From a virus, in IMG/VR virus record IMGVR_UViG_3300023174_000087, positions 1-64,000 of that record: a DNA stretch of 64,000 bases; one strand, written 5' to 3'. The notes beneath the pieces are model-generated. The model searched no databases, was not told the origin of the DNA, and saw only the letters and a list, made by a program, of their open reading frames with translations. The position numbers were made by a program, and so were the translations under genes. Position 1 is the stretch's first letter; every line of letters starts with the position of its first letter. Positions 8,786 through 17,529 of the stretch are shown one piece after another.

Positions 8786-9049
8786 TTATTCAATTTCATC
8801 TTCACGATAAACATAAAGTTCAATTATATCTGTGTGAATAAATTCTGCAACATCTTTATCACCAAACTCATCTTGATAACCAATGTAATAAATATCTCCT
8901 GTTGCATCTGATTCAATAGCAAGCACTTCAACGATGCTATCACCAAACTTAATTATGTCATCAATCATTATTTGATCTGGTGTTAGATTATCTGCGTGGA
9001 TCAATTCCATAGTTTTTATTGTAGCAGACATTTTAATCCTCATCTTCAT
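8786..9049 (-). CDS. hypothetical acidic beta protein
   Basis: 87-aa ORF; true start may be slightly downstream. Confidence 0.6.
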   Translation of the reverse strand: MKMRIKMSATIKTMELIHADNLTPDQIMIDDIIKFGDSIVEVLAIESDATGDIYYIGYQDEFGDKDVAEFIHTDIIELYVYREDEIE

Positions 9050-9320
9050 AGTTATCTACTGGGTCAATAAACCAAGATAGATGGTGCTGGTCTACAATAG
9101 CGTGTGCAGGTGCGTGACTCATTCCTTTATAAAATACGCCTTCAGGCATAGCAATAAATCGGTCATAGTCCTCATCATAGTATGCGTCAATAGCCTCGAT
9201 GCAAGGTTGCACCATAGAAAGTGGAACGGGCGGGTAATGATTACCCTGTAAGTGATAGGCTAATTGTGTTTCTAAATCTAATACGCTATCGGCTAATCCA
9301 ATTGCTGTTACTGATCCCAT
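9033..9320 (-). CDS. hypothetical phage protein
   Basis: HLQGNHYPPVP and HHL motifs; GAGGAG RBS. Confidence 0.7.
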   Translation of the reverse strand: MGSVTAIGLADSVLDLETQLAYHLQGNHYPPVPLSMVQPCIEAIDAYYDEDYDRFIAMPEGVFYKGMSHAPAHAIVDQHHLSWFIDPVDNYEDED

Positions 9321-9462
9321 TATATTTTCTCCTCTATATCTGCGACATATATGTCATTCTTATTTAGTAGTCCGTATCTGATATTGCTATCAAACATTTC
9401 AATTGCTGAGTCATAGTCGTCTGCTTCAACATTTATGAAAGTGGTAAATTCAAATAGTGCCA

Positions 9463-9672
9463 TTACTTCACACTCACATTTCCATTACGATAGAAAGTCT
9501 TAGTATACATTTTACCCATTGGGTCTGATAAGTTATAGGTTGCGTATTCTTTAGCATCTCCAAAGTCTACACACTTATTCCACGCAGATACCATTTCAAG
9601 CATATCTCCGCTTCGTGTTGTTGATACAAGTTCTCCGTCATAGGAGATAGTTAGTGAGTAGTTATATTCCAT
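9463..9672 (-). CDS. hypothetical phage protein
   Basis: 69-aa ORF with RBS. Confidence 0.65.
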   Translation of the reverse strand: MEYNYSLTISYDGELVSTTRSGDMLEMVSAWNKCVDFGDAKEYATYNLSDPMGKMYTKTFYRNGNVSVK

Positions 9673-9814
9673 TAGTTAGCCTCTTTCGTTGTAAATAGTG
9701 CGCCTTCATTTAGTAAGCCCACTTCTAAAGTAAATAGTTCATTGGGTGTTGCTTCGGATAAGTCTACCCAACCCGCACCCTCATTGTCAATTCTAAAAAT
9801 CTCAATATATCCCA

Positions 9815-10042
9815 TTAGTTATCTCCAACCTTTACGACTACTGTCGCATAGAAATCAGGCTTAGGAAAACCTTCACCTTTATAGGTAGGGCGAACCTTTA
9901 CGACATATGCGTCATAGCCTTCACCATAGTAGACATTATCACGCTTTTCTGCGTATTGGATAAGTCCGTCAATATGTCGTGATAGTGAGCGATAGTATTT
10001 TCCCTCTAGTAGGGTTGGGATATCATATTTATAACTAGCCAT
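9815..10042 (-). CDS. hypothetical phage protein
   Basis: 75-aa ORF with AGAAAGAGG RBS and upstream promoter. Confidence 0.7.
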   Translation of the reverse strand: MASYKYDIPTLLEGKYYRSLSRHIDGLIQYAEKRDNVYYGEGYDAYVVKVRPTYKGEGFPKPDFYATVVVKVGDN

Positions 10043-10488
10043 TAGTAAGACCTCTTTCTTTTTGTTGATATAAATATCTTAGCATATATGACCGACATTT
10101 CCTAAACGACACGCCGTAATTGCTAAACTATTTATTTTTTCTTACTATGTAAGTCTATCTGATTAGTCTAAAAATATCAAGTTACTAGCCCGTAATTCCA
10201 TATAATGAGACGCTCAAATGGTGTGATAAATCTCACATGCGACACGCCCGAACGCGACGTCGCAAAAATTTTCCCACCGATCAAAATGGGAAAACTTTTT
10301 TTGCTACATAATCCGTTTTATTTTTCGCAGGCTAATCTAAAAGTTTCAAATTTGAAATTTGGATTATCTGCTTCAAACATAGAACCAAACTCATCAACCA
10401 AATCGTGATAAGTAAATTCATCACCGATCAAATCTTTGAAAGATGAAAGAATTTCGGCTACGGCTACATAGTCTTTGCGTGTCATCAT

Positions 10489-10695
10489 TTATTCTGCCAC
10501 CTTTAGAATTGCGTAAGACCCATTAGCATTTATTTCATCAAGCGCAGGCTGAATGCGCTTAGCGAGTAAATCTTTTAGCATTGACTCTAACATATGGATT
10601 TGAGAAACTTCATCAAGTCTCAAGAATTGTTGTGCTACTGGGTGAGTTTCATCAAACTCGGTTACAAATCTTAGTGCGTGATTTACCTTTATCAT
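10489..10695 (-). CDS. hypothetical phage protein
   Basis: 68-aa ORF with AAGGAG RBS. Confidence 0.65.
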   Translation of the reverse strand: MIKVNHALRFVTEFDETHPVAQQFLRLDEVSQIHMLESMLKDLLAKRIQPALDEINANGSYAILKVAE

Positions 10696-10841
10696 TTATT
10701 TATTCTCCTTTGATAGTTGAACGCAAGCGCATTGTGTTATTTCTATGCCCGAAGGCTCTACCGAAACATAAGCAATAGTTTCGCAATTATCGCAAATCCA
10801 CATACCAGCGATTTCACCAATTACATCAAATAGGTTTCCCA

Positions 10842-11027
10842 TTATAGAACCGCCTTACCGCGTAGTGTTCCGCTAACGCCTAACTGGTCGCAAGATACTT
10901 TTACCGCAACGCCAACTGGTAGTTGAGTTGGATAGTTTGAGATGAATTGAGCAACTGCACCTTTAGAGGATAGGTTGATTTTTTTGGTAGAACCTGAAAA
11001 GGTTTCTAGTGTTATAGTGTAAGTCAT
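10842..11027 (-). CDS. small hypothetical protein, paralog of 12956-13141
   Basis: aligns by eye with the plus-strand ORF at 12956. Confidence 0.75.
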   Translation of the reverse strand: MTYTITLETFSGSTKKINLSSKGAVAQFISNYPTQLPVGVAVKVSCDQLGVSGTLRGKAVL

Positions 11028-11739
11028 TCTTTGACTTCCTTTCTTTATTTGATAAGACTATCTTATCATTGGGGGCTGACATTTTGGCTACTTATTTGCT
11101 AAGGCTCACTGTGATACTAGTCACATTTATTTGCTTAGGCTCATTAGCCAAACTGTCCTTTATTTATTTATAAGAAAATACTATCAGAGAAATGTCAAAA
11201 AGTCAAATTATTTCTCGGCGTGTCGGGTATGAGTTACATCACATTAGTTATACACAGCCTGTGGATAACTCCACGTCCCATTTTTTGCAGGGAAATTAAA
11301 TTTATTCTTTTACGAATAAATAAAATCCACTAAGTAAACAGATCATACAGAACCAGAATAGTGCATTACCACTTGCAAAGAATGTTTGATAAAAGTTATT
11401 CATTATTTTTTATCCTTGTATAAAAAATCCCAAGCCTTACGGCATAACACAATAGACTTACAGTTATCGCAACAGATAACACCGTGAGGGTTTAGGTCTA
11501 AGTCATAGATGTCTATGCTAGTGCTCACCGCACCGCATACTGATTTGATAGGTACATAGGTACTCATTTAGATACATTCCAATCAGTCCACATAGGTAGA
11601 CGCTCAGGGTCGGTATCGTTATACCAACGCTCAATGTTATTTTCACACTCAGTACAGAATGTGTATTGTGTATCTGATACCTCAGAGATAGCAGATACCA
11701 TAGGTGTATGCTCTTTACATACTGTTATTAGTATAGTCA

Positions 11740-11949
11740 TTATTTGACCACCTTTCCTAGTAAATTGTGTTCGGTATAGTTACCGCCACACATTGTGCAG
11801 AGTGACCAAGCGGTTACTCTACCGCAACCTGCTGAGCAGGATACATAGCCAAGACGCTTAGCGTCACTTTCATTAGTGTAATCATTTACACTTTCCCAAA
11901 TACGATTTGTCATTTTATTGACCTTTCTAAGTTTGATAACCTTTATCAA
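11740..11949 (-). CDS. small zinc-finger-like protein (likely start near 11913)
   Basis: CSAGCGR...CTMCGG; AGAAAGG RBS before MTNRIW. Confidence 0.6.
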   Translation of the reverse strand: MIKVIKLRKVNKMTNRIWESVNDYTNESDAKRLGYVSCSAGCGRVTAWSLCTMCGGNYTEHNLLGKVVK

Positions 11950-12164
11950 CTTTCTTTATACTAGAAGTATAACAGGGGGGTCTGACATTTATGGGTGTAC
12001 AAAACGCATAAAACGGACATTTGGGATTGTGATGTAGGTCATGTGGATAACTTACGCTCAATTATGAATGTGATGTGTACCATGTGGATAACTTCACGTT
12101 CAAATGTCCGATTTGTCTTATATGTACTGTGGTGTATATCACATGCGACACGCCGTGTTAGAAC

Positions 12165-12193
12165 TTGACTTTTGGGGTTAGGTATGCTAGAAT
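12165..12193 (+). promoter_or_regulatory. rightward sigma70/SigA promoter at the transcription divergence point
   Basis: TTGACT-17-TAGAAT with extended TG; a second copy TTGACT-17-TAGTAT at 12441-12469. Confidence 0.75.
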
Positions 12194-12628
12194 ACTAGTA
12201 TTAGAAAGTTAGAGAAGGTCTCTAAACTAGAAAGGGTCAAAAATGACTAAAGTATTATCACATCAAGTAAGTAAGTGCCTATCCTGTAATTGGACAGGTG
12301 ATAGTTGGGACAGGTTCTGTTCAGTAGATAAATCCCATAAAACCGAACAGATGTTCGCATACTATGAGGCAGGCGTAGGCTACACCTACGATAAGTCTCC
12401 TAGTGTGGTCTAAATCACACAGCGCCTACGGCGTGTCGCCTTGACTTTTCAGGGTATGTGTGTTAGTATTACTACATACAAAAACTAAATAATAGAAAAT
12501 CCTAGTGAGCCTCTTGAGCCTACCAAATAAACCGCCTAGCGGGTGAGCGTAGCAAATAAAGAGCAAATAACCTAGGTCAGCAAAATAGTTAGCACAAGGC
12601 TAACGAATAAAAAGAAAGGTAGTCTATT

Positions 12629-12817
12629 ATGAACTACACTAACGAAATCCGCAAGGAAATAGCCCTAGAGTTTGGGTTAGAAGCAGCAGGTTACGCACCT
12701 GCACCTAAATACGCATTGACTATTCGCCAATGCCAAATCCTAAATAACAAATACGGGTTTGAGAAGGCTCAAGAAATAGTCAAGCGCTATGTAGCCCTAA
12801 AGAAAGTATCTAAATAA
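12629..12817 (+). CDS. hypothetical phage protein
   Basis: 62-aa ORF with AGAAAGG RBS. Confidence 0.7.
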   Translation: MNYTNEIRKEIALEFGLEAAGYAPAPKYALTIRQCQILNNKYGFEKAQEIVKRYVALKKVSK

Positions 12818-12955
12818 ATGGAAGATACATATTGCGAAGAGTGTCTTAGAATAACTAAGGATGAAGACTTTCACTATCGCTTTGAGCGACCAGTTTGCCA
12901 AGAGTGTGTATATAAATTAAAACTAACACCAGATATTTTAGAAGGAGAATACTAA

Positions 12956-13141
12956 ATGATAAATGTAAAACTAACAACAGTTAGCGGTAACACTAGAGGA
13001 ATGCAATTCGATACTAAAGAACATGTATTAGAATTCATTGAACTATATGGCGCAACACTACCTGCAGGCACTGCAGTAAATATAGATGCACCCCTAATTG
13101 GAATCCACTCAGGTTGGATTCAGGGTAAAAGCAGGGTATAG
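12956..13141 (+). CDS. small hypothetical protein, paralog of 10842-11027
   Basis: AAGGAG RBS; sequence similarity to the leftward copy. Confidence 0.75.
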   Translation: MINVKLTTVSGNTRGMQFDTKEHVLEFIELYGATLPAGTAVNIDAPLIGIHSGWIQGKSRV

Positions 13142-13162
13142 TGCTAAACACTTAGCGGGGTG

Positions 13163-13204
13163 TAGTGGGCATTGATCTCTAAAAAAGTGCTCACTATTCT
13201 TTTG
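13163..13204 (+). terminator. possible intrinsic terminator ending the rightward early unit
   Basis: TAGTGGGCAT...GTGCTCACTA stem followed by TTCTTTT. Confidence 0.5.
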
Positions 13205-13420
13205 CTATATTGTTTTCTATTTACTGTATCATACATCTCAGAAAAATATTCAGATTTTAAGCAAATTGGATTTTAAAATTATTTTCAGATTTGAGGTATA
13301 ATAAAACCATGGGTATGTTAGACAATTTAGAAAATTACTTGGACATAGAAAATGAATCAAAACCTATGGCTGTTACTGATGCTATGGGTAGAGAAATTTT
13401 TTGGGAAGACTTAGGAAGAC

Positions 13421-13633
13421 CTACCAACGCATAGGGTGTTTGTCGTGATTATACTTACGATAAATCCTAAAATCATTTAAGGCTTGGATAATAACTTTTT
13501 TGTCAACATTTGCCATTTGTGCAAGGGCATCTAAAGACTTCTCGTTATCAACATATTGCTCAGTTAACCAAGACTCATCTTGATGTTTAGGCAATGACGC
13601 CATTGGCCTCAAGTACATCGTAAATAATTCCAC
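13421..13633 (-). CDS. small helix-turn-helix protein
   Basis: WLTEQYVDNEKSLDALAQMANVDKKVIIQALNDFRI resembles phage HTH proteins. Confidence 0.55.
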   Translation of the reverse strand: MELFTMYLRPMASLPKHQDESWLTEQYVDNEKSLDALAQMANVDKKVIIQALNDFRIYRKYNHDKHPMRW

Positions 13634-13799
13634 TAATGATATTCATCTGAGGAGCAGACTCTTCTGCCATTCTCATAATGCTTTCTTCTGGTACATTGTT
13701 TTTACGTGCTAGTTCAATATTCATATCACGAACTGTATTAGTAATAAGGTTTACTACTTCTTGCTTTTCCATTTTATTCACCATTTCTCTATAGGGCAT
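13587..13799 (-). CDS. hypothetical protein
   Basis: helical ORF within a leftward mini-operon. Confidence 0.55.
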   Translation of the reverse strand: MPYREMVNKMEKQEVVNLITNTVRDMNIELARKNNVPEESIMRMAEESAPQMNIISGIIYDVLEANGVIA

Positions 13800-13978
13800 T
13801 TAGCCTGTTTTAAGGTTGATTTTAATTTCATAAAACAACCACATTTCTTACATGTTACAAACTTTTTGTTAAACCATTCACAAGAGTTACATATTTTCAA
13901 ACGGGACTCAATTAACTCTTGATCACTTCTTGGCTGACTAGGATCAAATAAATCAGTAAACTTTACATCATCTGACAT
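13778..13978 (-). CDS. small Cys-rich protein (RxxICxxC...CxxCGC...CPxxKW), paralog of 20006-20245
   Basis: identical Cys spacing to the ORF at 20006. Confidence 0.75.
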   Translation of the reverse strand: MSDDVKFTDLFDPSQPRSDQELIESRLKICNSCEWFNKKFVTCKKCGCFMKLKSTLKQAKCPIEKW

Positions 13979-14038
13979 TATGCCAAATCCAAGCAGCCAA
14001 AGAAATTACAAGGATATAGGGAAGAACAACAAACAGTG

Positions 14039-14809
14039 TTATCTCCATTCTATCTCCTCCTTATATGTTACAGAGTACTCTCCTGTAAATATCTCTGCAT
14101 ATGAAATTATATCAGACATATAGCGCTTTACTGTATTTACCCCGACTTTATCAGACATATATTTTTTACCATCAGACAAAGGCCTGTGGATAAGTCCTTC
14201 AGAGACAAATGCATCATTTAAGGTTTGGATATATCTTTCTTTGCCAAACCTCTTAGATGCAAACTCTTGTCTCATATACTTTTCACGAAAATTATTATCT
14301 GCTTGTTGGGTTTCATCTGTATTACAGATAACATATGAAACAGCATCATGACTCATCCTATTAGACCAATTTCGCATATTGTCTCCGTACTTCTCCATGT
14401 TTCTTAGAGTTGAATCGGAGAAAGACATGCGTATTTTGTCATCAGGGGATGTTGTCACCTCTGTTGCAAACGAAATTAAAAACGCGGTTGCGTATGGAAA
14501 TTTTTCATAATATTTGTCAACCTTGTAGTGTTGATTTGGATTAAATGACTCTACTGAGTTTGCGTCGTCTAAAAGCCTCATATGATTTCCAATTGAAACA
14601 TAATCTGAATGATTCATATCTACGTCGACGAAAAGACATTCTTTTGGATCTATCCCATCGGCGAGACATAAAAGATTTTTATCGTATGTGCCGACGACTT
14701 CAGAACCGTTAAACCTATTTATCAATTGCGCCGACATAAAACCATCCATGTCTGGAGAAATTATTAATTTATTTGAAAAACTTAAAGTATCCAATATGTC
14801 CGTTTTCAT
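14039..14809 (-). CDS. DHH-superfamily-like phosphoesterase
   Basis: ISPDMDG (DxDG), FVDVD, and IGNH in place of DHH. Confidence 0.55.
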   Translation of the reverse strand: MKTDILDTLSFSNKLIISPDMDGFMSAQLINRFNGSEVVGTYDKNLLCLADGIDPKECLFVDVDMNHSDYVSIGNHMRLLDDANSVESFNPNQHYKVDKYYEKFPYATAFLISFATEVTTSPDDKIRMSFSDSTLRNMEKYGDNMRNWSNRMSHDAVSYVICNTDETQQADNNFREKYMRQEFASKRFGKERYIQTLNDAFVSEGLIHRPLSDGKKYMSDKVGVNTVKRYMSDIISYAEIFTGEYSVTYKEEIEWR

Positions 14810-14841
14810 TTTTAATAAATTCCCCTTATAATAATACAGTT

Positions 14842-15117
14842 ATGAATATCCAAGATTGGGCTTCCCTTATTGTAGCGATACTTACAATTGTATCATCTAT
14901 AGCCTTTTCAATCAAGTGGCTTGTAAAACATTATTTGAGCGAACTTAAAACAAATGGTGGCTCAAGTGTTAAAGATCAAATTAATAGATTAGAGGCTCGC
15001 CTTAATGAGGCTGATATAAAAAGAAGCCAAATGAAAGAAGATCACAAAGTTATGAAAGCCAAACTTGATCATATGTATGATATTCTTTTAGATTATATAT
15101 CTAAAAGTGGAAAATGA
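14842..15117 (+). CDS. membrane protein with N-terminal TM helix and coiled coil (holin-like)
   Basis: WASLIVAILTIVSSIAFSIKWLV followed by ELKTNGGSSVKDQINRLE. Confidence 0.6.
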   Translation: MNIQDWASLIVAILTIVSSIAFSIKWLVKHYLSELKTNGGSSVKDQINRLEARLNEADIKRSQMKEDHKVMKAKLDHMYDILLDYISKSGK

Positions 15118-15332
15118 TAGACTTCTGGTCTTTGATATATATAATATATTTAATATAAAAACCTTTTAAAGATAGTTCTTTTTTCTTATATATATTTAAG
15201 TATACACTATCCCGTTCCTGACATTCTATTACTTAATAGACAAAATGGACATTTACAATTATAACAATTTGATAACTTTTATAAAATCCTTTATACTCTT
15301 GATTAATTATTTAGTGGTATAATCTTTATACT

Positions 15333-15719
15333 ATGAGCAATTGTTGTAATCCTGAGATTTTTGGTGCTGATCCTGTAAATATTAAATGGAATGTTGTTAG
15401 AGGAGATAAAGCATCTTTGCGTGTTGAGTTTTTAAATGATGATGAAGTTACATACTTTGATATTTCTGACTGGGATTTTAAATCTTTTGCCTATGATCCT
15501 AAAGGTGATATTATTGATGAACTATTAGTTACCCAAGGGGTTGGCTATGTTGATATTATTGCAAATTCTGATGTTACTCAATTTTGGGGAACAGGATATT
15601 CTTCAGTAGTTGCAGAACTTTCTTTTGACCTTCAAGTAACACTTGATGACTCAACTACATGGACCCCCGTAATTGGCTTTATAAGGGTATTAGGAGATGT
15701 TTCAGGAGGAAGTCTATAG
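15333..15719 (+). CDS. virion Ig-like / BppU-N-like protein
   Basis: VVRGD...FDLQV...GFIRVLGDV pattern shared with 16565 and 22151. Confidence 0.55.
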   Translation: MSNCCNPEIFGADPVNIKWNVVRGDKASLRVEFLNDDEVTYFDISDWDFKSFAYDPKGDIIDELLVTQGVGYVDIIANSDVTQFWGTGYSSVVAELSFDLQVTLDDSTTWTPVIGFIRVLGDVSGGSL

Positions 15720-15829
15720 TCATGGCTGTAATCAAAGTTTCTAATACCCCAAAACCAATACCAGCAATTATTCGAATTGGTAAAAAGGTTTTTAAAGTAA
15801 AAAATTAAATACAATGAGATAATGTCCCT

Positions 15830-16558
15830 ATGGCTGTTTCTAAATCCGTAGATTTTCCAGGTGAAAAAAAATCTTCTTATGCTGCTCAAGTCGAGCAAAG
15901 TCAAGCAAGTCCTTATCAAGAAAATACACTCTCATTTCTTCCCGTTCCTGGACCAGTTGGTCCTCAAGGACCATCAGGCAAAGATGGAAAAGATGGCGCA
16001 CCTGGTCCTCAAGGTCCAGAAGGAAAACAAGGTGCTAAAGGTGAAAAAGGTCCTAAAGGAAATGATGGATTAAGTTCATTGTCATCTTCTGGTCAACAAG
16101 CAGGTTGGGCATCATATTTTAATAAACTAAAAAATAGCCATAAACTTGGTGTAACTCAGGGTGAAGATGGATGGGTTACAGTTTATATCAATTCTGAAGG
16201 ATATAAAAATGAAACGTATTTACCAAAAAATACAGTAAGTTTATGGAATGATCATGCAAGAATGTTAAACTTTAAAGGACTAAAAGAGGGTGCACAGGTA
16301 TTTATTACATACAATTTTGAGTTAACAACATATACTAGCAATACTGAAGTATGGATTAGAACATTTTTTTCAAACTCAGATACAGAGATATCACAGTTTG
16401 TGGCATCATTAAAGTATCAACACACATACCCCATATCTGTTACTCAGCAAATATTTATTGAGGACCAAAAAATGTGGGGAAATGGAGCATATCCACAAAT
16501 CAGAACAGACTATGATGCTTCAGTAATTATGAAATCTATATATGTCAGCGTGGTATAA
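15830..16558 (+). CDS. collagen-repeat-containing minor virion protein
   Basis: Gly-X-Y run GPVGPQGPSGKDGKDGAPGPQGPEGKQGAKGEKGPKGNDG. Confidence 0.8.
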   Translation: MAVSKSVDFPGEKKSSYAAQVEQSQASPYQENTLSFLPVPGPVGPQGPSGKDGKDGAPGPQGPEGKQGAKGEKGPKGNDGLSSLSSSGQQAGWASYFNKLKNSHKLGVTQGEDGWVTVYINSEGYKNETYLPKNTVSLWNDHARMLNFKGLKEGAQVFITYNFELTTYTSNTEVWIRTFFSNSDTEISQFVASLKYQHTYPISVTQQIFIEDQKMWGNGAYPQIRTDYDASVIMKSIYVSVV

Positions 16559-16564
16559 TAAAGT

Positions 16565-16927
16565 ATGGCATTTCCAGGTGAACTAAACATAAGTTATTAT
16601 AAAGGCGACACACAAGAGTTTGCTCTTTACCCAAAACAAAATAATGGAAGACCATTTGTCATGACTGGCTATACAATTAAATTTTCTATTGCAACAACAA
16701 GAGGTTCATCTACAACAATTAACTGTTATGCAGCAATTGACTCAAGTGATCCAACAAAAGCGTTATGTGTTATTAGACCAGCAGATGGAGCACAACTTAC
16801 AGCAGGAACAGAATACGTTTATGATGTTCAAATATCAAGGTCTTCAACACCATATCCAATTGTCTACACTATTCTTACAGGAACGGTTTCAGTAACTGAA
16901 CAAGTAGTTCAGTATACCCCTTCATAA
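16565..16927 (+). CDS. virion Ig-like / BppU-N-like protein
   Basis: YKGDT...YVYDVQI...ILTGTVSV. Confidence 0.6.
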   Translation: MAFPGELNISYYKGDTQEFALYPKQNNGRPFVMTGYTIKFSIATTRGSSTTINCYAAIDSSDPTKALCVIRPADGAQLTAGTEYVYDVQISRSSTPYPIVYTILTGTVSVTEQVVQYTPS

Positions 16928-17511
16928 TGGCAAATTTATATTCTTCAGATGACATTACTGTTTTGGGTGGACCATCAACAATAAATATTGATTTAGACTT
17001 TGGACCAACTGGTCAAAGAGGAAGCAAGTTCTTTGTTGGTAATGGAAACCCAAACTCTACTCCAAGCCCAATTTCAACATCTATTCCTCTTTTTGTTTTT
17101 GACATGTATTTAAATCTTAACCCTGCAACTAGTGAGTATAGGTCCTTATACCAATACCAAAATGTTTCAGGAACAAATACTTGGGTCAAATTAATTAATT
17201 TAATTCCAAATATTTATAGTTTAAACATTTCTTTAAATTTTGTTAATGGCATTGCTTCTACTACGCTTCCAGTTATTAGTCTTGTAGACTCTGATCAAGT
17301 ATCATCTATCACTGCCTCAAGATTTAATGTTCAGCACTCTTTGGTTAACAATGGAAAGCCAAACATGACAGATGTTACAGTATCAGAAATAGTTGTTGCT
17401 GATGGAACAAGGGTTTTGCCTTTATCTTTTTCTGCTTATCAGTTAAATAATGGAATTATAGAAAGTGTTACAGGTCAGAAGATGGTCCATATCTTTATTT
17501 CTGTGGTATAA
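16927..17511 (+). CDS. putative minor tail protein
   Basis: GPTGQRGS..FVGNGNP motif typical of tail-fibre-associated proteins. Confidence 0.6.
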   Translation: MANLYSSDDITVLGGPSTINIDLDFGPTGQRGSKFFVGNGNPNSTPSPISTSIPLFVFDMYLNLNPATSEYRSLYQYQNVSGTNTWVKLINLIPNIYSLNISLNFVNGIASTTLPVISLVDSDQVSSITASRFNVQHSLVNNGKPNMTDVTVSEIVVADGTRVLPLSFSAYQLNNGIIESVTGQKMVHIFISVV

Positions 17512-17529
17512 TTTTGGGGGAGATGACAA

